The position numbers and the translations under genes are program-made. The notes under the pieces are model-generated. The model ran no database searches and was not told where the DNA came from. It saw nothing but the letters and a program-made list of their open reading frames with translations. A DNA stretch of 62,586 nt, counting the filler, from Malassezia furfur (taxonomy: Eukaryota), in assembly GCA_052055015.1 (NCBI GenBank). It is 11 parts of 11 records of this genome, joined end to end, with 100 filler letters (N's around TTAATTAATTAA, not from the genome) between each part and the next. Parts side by side here need not be neighbours in the genome. Positions count along the whole stretch, not along the records: positions 1 to 5,693 come from JBQJIT010000583.1; positions 5,794 to 11,451 come from JBQJIT010000584.1; 9 more parts are not named here. One strand, given 5' to 3'. Positions 1 through 8,770 of the stretch are shown here, one piece after another. Each line of letters starts with the position of its first letter. The stretch's first letter is position 1.

Positions 1-1166
1 ACGCGCCGAGCTGCTGCGCCGCACCGTTCGGCGCGTACGCCGTCGGGGTGCTCGGCCAGCAGGGCACGCTGTGCGGCTGGCCGGAGGCGCCCGCCGTGTT
101 TGCGCAGCTGCTCGCCGCGCCCGAGAGCGACGCGCGTGCGTTTGCGCTCGGCGGCATGGTGCTGGGCGACGCGGCGCTGGTGCGGTCGCTCGAGGAGCAG
201 CTCGACGCGGAGCTCGTGCCGACGCTGCGCATCCTGCGCGAGGCGTGTGCGCACGCGAACGAGGAGCAGCTCGTCCAGCTCAAGGACGCGTTCTGGGCGC
301 GGCTCACGCTGCGTGCCATGACGCTGCCGCTCGACGACGAGGCGCAGGCCGCACTGGATGGTCTGTGCGAGTGCCTGGCGCGCCTCGTGTTTGCGGATGC
401 GACGGCGTGCCTCGAGCAGCTCGAGACCGAGGTGCACGCGCAGCACGCGGCGGTGCGCGCCAAGGTGCTCGGCGTCGCGCGCATGCTCGTCACGCTCGAC
501 CGCACGCATGTGCTGGACGGGGCGCTGGCGCCGCGGCTCTGGCGCTACCTCGCGCTGCTCGGCGACGAGCAGCTCGCCGTGCGCCGCGCGGCGGTGCTGG
601 CGCTGCACGCCACGGTGTACAACCGCGTGGAGCTGGTGCAGGAGCACCTGCCCGCGCTGCTCCCCCCGCTGTACCGCACGACCGAGGTGCGCGAGGAGCT
701 GAAGCGCAAGGTGGCCATGGGCCCCTTCACGGTGATCACCGACGACGGGCTGGACTTGCGCAAGAACGCGTTCGAGACGCTCTTTACGCTGCTCGAGACG
801 AGCCTCGGCGAGATGCGCGTCGCGGACGTGGTGCAGTGCACGGTGCAGGCGCTGCAGGACGACGACAGCGTCAAGCTGCTCGGGTGCCTGATGCTCGTGC
901 GCCTCGCGGACCTCGCGCCCACGCAGGTCGCGCCGTTCCTCGACACGGTGAGCGGCCCGCTGCGCGCGATCGTCACGCGCAAGGTGCGCGATAACGCGAC
1001 GAAGCAGGAGGTCGAGAAGGCCAACAAGCTCACGACCGCCGCGGTGCGTGTGCTCGCGTGGCTCGCGGCCGCGTGCGACGTGGCCGCGTACCCCGACTTT
1101 GCCGCGCTCCTCGCACACACGCAGCAGTCGCCGCACGCGGCGCTGCTCACGCAGTATGCCCCGTAG
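1..1166 (+). CDS. CAND1: Cullin-associated NEDD8-dissociated protein 1 (CAND1/TIP120), C-terminal part, 5' truncated
   Basis: HEAT-like helical repeats and the TIP120 C-terminal motif 'VREELKRKVAMGPFTVITDDGLDLRKNAFETLFTLL'; stop TAG at 1164-1166. Confidence 0.9.
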   Translation, partial: APSCCAAPFGAYAVGVLGQQGTLCGWPEAPAVFAQLLAAPESDARAFALGGMVLGDAALVRSLEEQLDAELVPTLRILREACAHANEEQLVQLKDAFWARLTLRAMTLPLDDEAQAALDGLCECLARLVFADATACLEQLETEVHAQHAAVRAKVLGVARMLVTLDRTHVLDGALAPRLWRYLALLGDEQLAVRRAAVLALHATVYNRVELVQEHLPALLPPLYRTTEVREELKRKVAMGPFTVITDDGLDLRKNAFETLFTLLETSLGEMRVADVVQCTVQALQDDDSVKLLGCLMLVRLADLAPTQVAPFLDTVSGPLRAIVTRKVRDNATKQEVEKANKLTTAAVRVLAWLAAACDVAAYPDFAALLAHTQQSPHAALLTQYAP

Positions 1167-1214
1167 TCGCCCCCACCTTCCCCCATTCTTCGCGCCCGGG
1201 CCACGTGCGCCGGA

Positions 1215-2654
1215 ATGACTCTCCCCCCTCTCCTCCACACCATGGGGGCAGCGCCGTTCGAGATCGCGGGCCCCACGTCGCCGTTCGCGGTGCAGCTCGA
1301 CCAGCGCTACCTGGTGCTGCCCGAGCTGCCGCTCGAGTCCGGCAAGACACTCGTGAATGCGCCGATCGCGTTCAAGACATACGGCACACTGAACGCCCAG
1401 GGCACCAACGCCGTGCTCGTGTGCCATGCGATTTCCGGCAACGCGCTCGCGGCCGAGTGGTGGGACTCGCTCGTGGGCCCCGGCAAGGTGATTGATACCA
1501 ACACGTTCTTTGTGGTGTGCTGCAACGCGCTCGGCTCGCCATACGGCTCCGCAAGCCCCGTGACGCGCCGCGGCGGAGAGGACGTGCGCAATGGTGCCTG
1601 GCGCGCGGCGCCGTTTGTGCACGCGCCCGAGGCACAGACGGAGCGCCAGTGGTGGGGCGCCGACTTCCCGCAGACGACACTGCGCGACGACGTGCAGTAC
1701 GTGCGACGCTGACCCAGTGCCCACAAGCGCGTGCTCGACTATCTCGGCGTGCAGCAGCTCGTGCTGGTTATCGGCGGGTCGATGGGCGGGATGCTCTCGC
1801 TCGAGTGGCCGCTGTGCTACCCCGTGCGCACGCCGCAGAGCGCCGACGCGCTCGCCCAGGGGCGCACCGACGCGCCCAAGTACATCCGTGCGATTGCGCT
1901 CATGGCCAGCCCCGCGCGGCACTCGGCATGGGCCATCGCCTGGTCCGAGATCCAGCGCATGACCATCGCCGCGGACACGCGCTTCCGCGGCGGGCACTAC
2001 CTGCTCGCCGAGCCGCCGACCAAGGGGCTCGCGGCCGCGCGCATGTGTGCGATGATTACGTACCGCTACCCGGTGAGCCTCGAGCGGCGCTTCCGGCGCA
2101 TGCGCGGCAAGCAGAACCTGAGCAAGCCCGCGCCCGCGCCGGGGCCCGCCGCGACGCCCGCCAAGGTGTCGATGGCCGTCGTCGAAAAGGGCGACCTGCC
2201 GCCGATGGAGATGGCGCAGATCACCGACCCCCAGGACCGCGAGATGTATGCGGTGCAGTCCTACCTGCACTACCACGGGCGCAAGTTTGTCGGCCGCTTC
2301 GACCCGAACTGCTACATCCACCTCACGCACAAGCTCGACGCACACGACGCCGCTCGCGACCGGCACGCATGGGCGCCGCACGCGAAAGACGCGGAGAGCA
2401 ACGAGGCGCTCGGCGGCGTGCTGCGGCACCTCGGCACCTCGCCGCACGGCTGCGACGTGCTTATTTTCTCGATCACGTCCGACCAGCTGTACCCGCCTGA
2501 GGAGCAGACGTTTATGCACACGAGCATCCCTGGCTCAGAGCTCGTGACGATCACCAGCAACGAGGGCCACGACGCCTTCCTCCTCGAGTTTGCGCAGATC
2601 GAGCACACGATCCGCGCATTTGTGCAGCGCGTGCGCCCCGACGCCAAACTGTAA
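1215..2654 (+). CDS. MET2: Homoserine O-acetyltransferase; exons 1215-1696 and 1718-2654
   Basis: Motifs 'YGTLN..GTNAVLVCHAISG', 'IGGSMGG' nucleophile elbow, 'RFDPNCY', 'EGHDAFLLE'. Removing the 21-nt intron 1697-1717 (GTACGT...GCTGAC-CCAG, which contains an in-frame TGA) restores 'RDDVHAHKRVLDYLG'. Confidence 0.93.
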
Positions 2655-2793
2655 TGCACGACAACGGCCGCGCGCGCGGCCCCGGCAGTTCATCCTGCTT
2701 CGCCCCCCCGCATGTAGTCCAACCTACAGACTCTTCACTCTCTTCCACCCCCCCTTCCCCGATCGGGTCTCCGATCCCTCCACTTTCGCCGCC

Positions 2794-3308
2794 ATGTACT
2801 GCCTGCGGTGGTGGCTGCCGCTCTTCCTGCTGCCGCTGCCCGCGGCGCCGCCCGTATTCTTGCTGCTGTTCATCACGAGCTATGCGCTGCAGACGCGCCC
2901 ATGGTACGTCGCGCGCCACACTCACGCAGCATGTACTGTGGCGCGATCATCACGATGCTCTTCCTCACCTCCTTCTTCTGGTACACGCCCGCGGAGCCCG
3001 TCGCGTGGCAAATCCCGCTCCCATACGCCGAGACGCCCGTCGGCGTGTTCGCCACCCGCATCCTGCGCGCGCTTGGGCACGTCTCGGCGCCGACCGCCGA
3101 CGGCACACGCGACCCGCCGCCGCCCGCCGGGTGCTCCACCGGCTGGACCGACCTGGCGCTCGCGCCCGGCCGCAGCCTGTTTGGCCTGATCCCGCGCCCG
3201 CCCGCGTGTGTGACGCAGGCGCCCACCTCCGATACCCGTGCGCTCTTTGTGGGCGTGCCCGGCACCCACCTCGGGTTCACGCTCGACTGGGGCCTGCTCC
3301 TTCCATAG
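2794..3308 (+). CDS. Bladder cancer-associated BC10/BLCAP-family small membrane protein; exons 2794-2903 and 2930-3308
   Basis: N-terminus 'MYCLRWWLPLFLLP' and 'RPCMYC' after removing the 26-nt intron 2904-2929 (GTACGT...CTCAC-GCAG); matches the BLCAP MYCLxWxLP...PCxxC pattern; 163 codons. Confidence 0.8.
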
Positions 3309-3311
3309 CGA

Positions 3312-5375
3312 CTACGTACGTGCCTGATGAATCGTCGCGCGCGGCGCCGGCAGTGTGCGCAGGTGCGCGGCAAGCAGTGCCGTGCGCTCCTCGGGCACAT
3401 GCGCGAGCCGCGCGTACCGCACGTCGGGGCGCAGCACCGCCTCCATCTCCGCGAGGTCGACCTGCGACGCCAGGTCGTACACCGACACCCCCTCGGGGTC
3501 GATGTCGTCGTCCTCGCCGACCGCTACATCGCTGCGCGCCGCATGCTCCGCCTTCTGCTGCCGCAGGCGGCCCCAGAAGTCGACAAACGCATTCTCGCGC
3601 AGCATCTCGCCAAACTCGGCGCGCGCACGCGCCTGGCGCTCGGCGTCCCACGCGGCAAACTCGCGCTCAAGCGTCGTATGGAACGCGCGGTGCGCTCCGC
3701 CGCCGTCCTCGCCGACAAAGCGCTGCAGCCCCGCGTGGGCAAACGCGTCGTCGTGGCGCACGTGCGCAAGCACCGTGTCCATGTCGACCGCGAGCTGCTC
3801 GCGCCCGCGCGCGTCCGTCGCGTGCTTCGCAAAGAGCCGCGCGAGCTGCTCGCGCCGCTTCGCCTGGAGGTGCGCGATGTGCTCGTCGAAGAAGGTGCGC
3901 TTCGCGGCGTCGCTCAGCACGTCGCGCGCACCGCCCGGCGGCGCATACCGCGCGTCCCGGCGCAGCACGGGCACCGCGTCGTCCCACGCGAGGCACGCAT
4001 CGCGCACCGTGTCGAGGAGCAGCTGCCGAAACTCTTGCTCGCGCTGCTCGGCGACGACGTCGGTGCGTGCCGCGCGGTTGCGGTCGTGCATGCGCGACTG
4101 GTCGCGGCGCACCTGGGCCTCGCGCTGCTGCAGCGCACGCTCGCGGCGCTCCGCGGAGCGTGCGGGCGCGCCCGAGGACGCCCCACGGTCCCCAGGGGCG
4201 TCCGCCCCGGGGGGGTCCGCACTGGAGGTGTGTCCCCCCGCACTACCGGAGGTGGGTCCCCCTGTACTACTGGAGGTGTGTCCCGCACCGGGGGCGCCTT
4301 CGCCCGCCGCGCGCGCGGGCGCCGCAGCCGCCGCGTCGCTCCCGGCGCCGGCGCCCCGCACCCACTGCGCAAACAGCTCGGCACGGCGCGTCGCGCTGCC
4401 CACCGCGTCGTACCGCTTGTCCTCCACGAGCCCCGGCGTCTTTTTCGCCGACGCCCAGATCGTCGCGGCCTGCGCCTTGTCCGGCAGCTGCGCCACGCCG
4501 TGCTCCGCACGCACAGACGCGGGCGGCGGCAGCTTCTCGGCGAGCAGCGCCACAAACGCGTCGTCCGCCTTGCGCGCGAGCGTGCGCTTGATTTCGGCGA
4601 GCTCGGCGAGCCACGCGTCAAACACCGCGCGTGCCTCGGACTCGGGCACGGCGGTGAACCGCGGGTCGGCGCCGTACTTTTGCTGCGCCTCGGCAAACGT
4701 CGTGCGCGTGGACACGACGTGCTTTTTGAAGAGCGAGCGCAGCGCACGCGCGGCATCCGACGAGGCGCCGGCGCCCGGCGTGCTCGGCGTGCCGCCGCGC
4801 TCCGCACTCGGCTGCGCACGGCTGCGCTCGCGCTTTTCGCGGAGCCGCAGCTTGCACCACTCGTTAAAGACGTCTTCGCGGTCGCGCGTGCTCCGTAGTG
4901 CGCTGTACGCCGGCAGGTGCACAAACTTGGGCAGCTCGCGGTCCCACGGCGCCATCGGGTTGATCTCGTGCGCGGTGCCGTTCAGCGACGAGAGCATCGT
5001 GAGGAAGAGCGCGCGCCCCTCTTCGAACGACAGGTCGGGCGCCATGGGTATCGGAGCGGCCGGCGGCGCAGCGGCGGGCTCGGGCGCGGGCGCGGGCGCA
5101 AGCTCCGCATCGCTATCGTCGTCGGCATCGTCGTCGGCGTGCTCGGGCGCCGGTGCCGCGGGCACGGGCGCGGGCGGCGGCGACGCGGTGCGTGCGCGCT
5201 TCGTCGGGCGGCCGTCCATCGCCTCGACCTGCGCGCGGATCTCGTCCGGGACGGTCCATTCCGACCGCTTGGTCTTTTTCTGTGCGTAGAATACGTTGCC
5301 GTGGGTCGTGGTGACACGCAGCCACCCGTCCGTGCCCGGGATGGGCACCTTTTCGCGCGGGCGCTCCGCGTCCAT
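3312..5375 (-). CDS. WW + multiple FF domain protein (TCERG1/Dre4/Urn1-like transcription-splicing factor)
   Basis: 'KVPIPGTDGWLRVTTTHGNVFYAQKKTKRSEWTVP' WW domain; FF repeats such as 'INPMAPWDRELPKFVHLPAYSAL..DREDVFNEWC' and 'DPRFTAVPESEARAVFDAW'. Confidence 0.85.
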   Translation of the reverse strand: MDAERPREKVPIPGTDGWLRVTTTHGNVFYAQKKTKRSEWTVPDEIRAQVEAMDGRPTKRARTASPPPAPVPAAPAPEHADDDADDDSDAELAPAPAPEPAAAPPAAPIPMAPDLSFEEGRALFLTMLSSLNGTAHEINPMAPWDRELPKFVHLPAYSALRSTRDREDVFNEWCKLRLREKRERSRAQPSAERGGTPSTPGAGASSDAARALRSLFKKHVVSTRTTFAEAQQKYGADPRFTAVPESEARAVFDAWLAELAEIKRTLARKADDAFVALLAEKLPPPASVRAEHGVAQLPDKAQAATIWASAKKTPGLVEDKRYDAVGSATRRAELFAQWVRGAGAGSDAAAAAPARAAGEGAPGAGHTSSSTGGPTSGSAGGHTSSADPPGADAPGDRGASSGAPARSAERRERALQQREAQVRRDQSRMHDRNRAARTDVVAEQREQEFRQLLLDTVRDACLAWDDAVPVLRRDARYAPPGGARDVLSDAAKRTFFDEHIAHLQAKRREQLARLFAKHATDARGREQLAVDMDTVLAHVRHDDAFAHAGLQRFVGEDGGGAHRAFHTTLEREFAAWDAERQARARAEFGEMLRENAFVDFWGRLRQQKAEHAARSDVAVGEDDDIDPEGVSVYDLASQVDLAEMEAVLRPDVRYARLAHVPEERTALLAAHLRTLPAPRATIHQART
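4220..4288. repeat. Coding minisatellite, about 3 x 24 bp (ACTGGAGGTGTGTCCC core), in the WW/FF gene
   Basis: Units start near 4220, 4244 and 4268 and encode G-H/P-T-S-S/G-S repeats on the minus strand. Confidence 0.75.
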
Positions 5376-5434
5376 CGTGCGTGCGAGGCGAAGGACGATC
5401 ACATGATATGTGGAGGCGGTTGCGTCGCGCGCCC

Positions 5435-5693
5435 ATGTCGGACAGCGACGCGGAGGTGGGGCCGATGCCGGCCGGCGCGCCGGTGCGCGCGCACGACGAC
5501 GGCGCAGACGCGTTCCGGGAGCGCGAGGCACGCATGCGCGCCGCGCAGGCAGACGCCGCCGCGGCCGCAGCCGCGCAGAAGAGCGAACGGCCCGCGTGGA
5601 TGGTCGAGATGCCCGACGATGCGGGGCCGCCCGCCTGGCGCCCGGGTGCGGGGCCGCTGCGCGCGCGCGGCGTCCACCAGGGCGGGCGGGTGC
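5435..5693 (+). CDS. Probable GPALPP/DUF3752-family protein, N-terminal fragment (3' truncated by gap)
   Basis: 'SDSDAEVGPMP', 'AFREREAR' and 'RPAWMVEMP' resemble the acidic GPxP and RxxWM motifs of that family; divergent from the WW/FF gene. Confidence 0.5.
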
Positions 5694-5793
5694 NNNNNNN
5701 NNNNNNNNNNNNNNNNNNNNNNNNNNNNNNNNNNNNNTTAATTAATTAANNNNNNNNNNNNNNNNNNNNNNNNNNNNNNNNNNNNNNNNNNNN
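5694..5793. other. Artificial contig linker N44-TTAATTAATTAA-N44. Also at 11452-11551, 17200-17299, 22934-23033, 28646-28745, 34355-34454, 40031-40130, 45703-45802, 51341-51440 and 56970-57069
   Basis: Identical 100-nt spacer ten times; the core 12-mer places stop codons in all six frames. Confidence 0.98.
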
Positions 5794-7412
5794 TGTTGCT
5801 CTTGCTGATGCACTTGGTGACCACCTTTTGCGCACACTTGCGGTGGCACGTGTAGTTGCAGTCCTGGCACTGGCTGCCCGCGGCGTTCAGCAGGATCTCG
5901 CCGCAGAGCGCACACCGGATCATCTGGTAGAACTGCCGCTGGACAAACTTGTGCCCGTTCACCTCCGAGACGTCCTCGCGGCGCTTGCGCAGCGCACCCT
6001 GGCGCCCGAGGCGCGCGTCGTACGGGCGCTTTTGCACGTTTTGCTTCACAAAGTTGAGCTTGAGCAGGATCGCACCGATCGGCTCGACCGTGAACCAGCC
6101 CTCGATGCCGCTCTCGACCGGCTTGGTCGGCACCAGCTGCCCGGCGGGCGTGTTGTAGAACGCGTCGCTGCCCGACGCCTTGTCGATCGTCGGCGCCAAC
6201 GGCTCCTGGCGCATGCGGTCCGCCGTGACCCACTCGCCGCTCTGCGCGTTTGCGGGCGACTGCGCAGGGCTGCTCTCCGAGCCACCGACCTGCCCAAACT
6301 TTTTGCGCCGCAGCTGGTCGACCAGGTCGCTGATCTTGATCCACACCAGGCCCACGGGCACCGGCTGTGCAGACCCCACGCGGTCGTACACAATCAGCTC
6401 GATCTCGTTCGCATTGTCAATCGGCAGCTGGAAGTCTTCATTCCACTGGTCGATGCGCGAGGCCTGCGTCTGCACACGCTCCGTGTCCTCAATCTTGAGC
6501 GCAATGTACGACTCACGCCCACTGCGCACGCCGCTCGGCATCGCCGCGTGGTCAATGTCCTTCACCGCCTTGATCGAGATCGACAGCGTGCCCGTCTGCG
6601 GCTTGCGTGCACGCCGGTTCGCATACACGTTCTCCTCCTCCGCCTTGGTCTCGTCGGGGTCGAGCACGTTGAGCTGCATGTACCGCTTGAGCGCCTGCTG
6701 GATCAGCACGAGCTTGCTCGCGCTCTCCGCATACCGCCGCTCGGCGTCCTGCATGCTGCGCCGGTCGCCCTCGACCTGGTACAGCTTGGCAATTTTTTCA
6801 AAGCCCTGCTTGTACTGCCGCTCGAGCTGCAGCTTGTGCTCCAACTGCTCAATCATGCGCGTGATCTTCGCATGCGTCAGCGGCGTCTCACACTTCATCA
6901 GGTCGAGATTCGTATAGTTGCGTCGCGTCATCGTCTCGTCGCGTTGCAGCGCACCATCGGACGCAGGCGCCACGTCGGGCACACTGCCGGGCACGCCGTA
7001 CGCCGCATACGCCCCGCTCCGGTACGCGGCGCTGCTGTCGATCGGGTAGCCCGGCTGCTGCGTGCCAATCGACTGCACAGACATGCGCCGCCCAGCATTA
7101 GCCGCCACACTGGCGTCCATCGGCGTCATGCTGCGCCGCGCCGTCGGCGACGAAGACACGGGCGGCGGCGCGCCCATATCCACCGAGCTGCGCGTCTGCA
7201 GCGAGTGCAGGCTCTCTTCCAGGTACGAAATCGTCTGCTGCGCATTGCGGATGTTCGACTCGGCCTGCCGGATCACATCGGGGTTCGGCGTCGCGTTGCG
7301 CAGCGTCTGGAACCCCTCAATCATCCGGCGCTGTTTCTGGATGCGCGCCTGCACATCCTCAATCCGACTACTCGTAGAGGACTGCCACGTAAGCCGCGCC
7401 ACATACCTGCAT
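5794..7412 (-). CDS. PKC1: Fungal protein kinase C, N-terminal regulatory half (HR1, HR1, C2, C1; kinase domain lost in gap); exons 7412-7407 and 7381-5794
   Basis: Two HR1 coiled coils, C2 domain, pseudosubstrate 'RLGRQGALRKR', C1 'GHKFVQRQFYQMIRCALCGE..CQDCNYTCHRKC'; 25-nt intron 7382-7406 after ATG CAG. Confidence 0.93.
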
Positions 7413-7557
7413 CGTACACCAACTACTCCGTCAATCCCAATCCACTCTTGTCGCACGCCCCTTCGGCGCGTGGTAGGTGGACACGGACCGCTCCACCGGC
7501 GCCGCGCGGCCGGCGACCACCGCGCTCAACTGCTCGGCGTGGGGCTCGGCCGAACGA

Positions 7558-8757
7558 ATGTCACGCTTGCATCGCGCGCCAGCCAGGCACGCCCACCTTT
7601 GCCCCACGATGCCGGCCTTGACCGTGGCCGTAGAGAGGGCACCGTATAGCGCACACGCACACGTAGACTACGAATTGTGTGCACCGGAGCACACGACCAC
7701 ACGCAACGACGCACACGACACCGACGAACCACGCATGGTCGTCGTGACGTACACGTGTGCCGTTGGTGCACGGGGCACACCGCATCCACACCGCCTCGCA
7801 TCCCACCAGCTGGCCCACAGCGGCCTTCGCGACGCCGTCGAGGCATTCTTGGTTTCTGTAGGTCCTCACGCTCACCCGGAACGGTGAGCGGCTTCATGCT
7901 CGCGCCTGTCACGCGACGCACCTGGACGGCCCATTCGCGAGCACGCCGCGGCACGGCGATGCGCCTGGCCGCGCAGACACAATGGGCCCTGCCTCTGACT
8001 CGCCGCTCGCGTGTAGGTACGCCACTCACGCAGGGCACCTCGTCCTCGCTGACGCACCGCCGCGCGTGCCACGCACTAGGTGGCCCGTGCGCATCGCGCT
8101 CGACGTCGTCTGGCACGCCGAAGACGCTGTCGCTCTCGCCGAGCACCTGTGTGCGCCGCGGCTGGGTATAGCGCTTGCGGCAATCCACGCCGAGCTTCTC
8201 GTACATGCTTTTACGGCCGTATGCCACCACACGGGCGCGGCGATGCACGGCGAATACGCTCAGGTACGCCGCACACGAGCTTGACGCAGCGCATGCATCA
8301 CGTCGCGCCGCTGTTGCACCGTATGGCACACGACCTTGTGGACGTGCTGGGCACATCTGCACCTCCTTCCAAACGGTGCCGAGTGCCCGGCGCTTCGTCG
8401 GCTGCATATGTTGACGCCGAGGGGCTGGCCGCCACGCTGCTTGCCGCCGACCAACGCGCGTTTCCGGCGCATTCGTTCGACGTGTGTATGCATCTGACCC
8501 AGCTCCTACTCACGACGGCGCTTCCACAGAGGCACGAATCGACGTCAACGCCACGTATGGGGCGCGTCTTACGCGCGTCGTATGCGCTGAATGCACCGGC
8601 ACACTCGGACGAGACACTCCCCCAGTTTAGCACCGACACCACCTCGCCACTCGAGCTGCCACCTAGCTCTGTGGCCCCGAATGCGTCCGAGAGCGAGTCG
8701 GACGATGCATGGGCGACGCCGGCGTCCATGAGCTCACCAACACGGCGGGGTGTATAG
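7558..8757 (+). CDS. Uncharacterised three-exon protein; exons approx. 7558(or 7609)-7857, 7880(or 7889)-8263 and 8290-8757
   Basis: Three ORF segments joined in frame by intron-like sequences at 7858 (GTAGGT..GCTCAC) and 8264-8289 (GTACGC..CTTGAC-GCAG); no recognised domain. Confidence 0.5.
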
Positions 8758-8770
8758 TATGGAGGGCTAC

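Noticed and set aside
1697..1717. Apparent premature stops or frameshifts (MET2, DUG3, ARP1, IME2, GET1, PEX14) as pseudogenes or recoding
   Set aside because: All are resolved by canonical GT-AG micro-introns with branch sites.
5738..5749. Repeated TTAATTAATTAA palindrome as a biological element
   Set aside because: It is always centred in identical N-runs, so it is an assembly linker.
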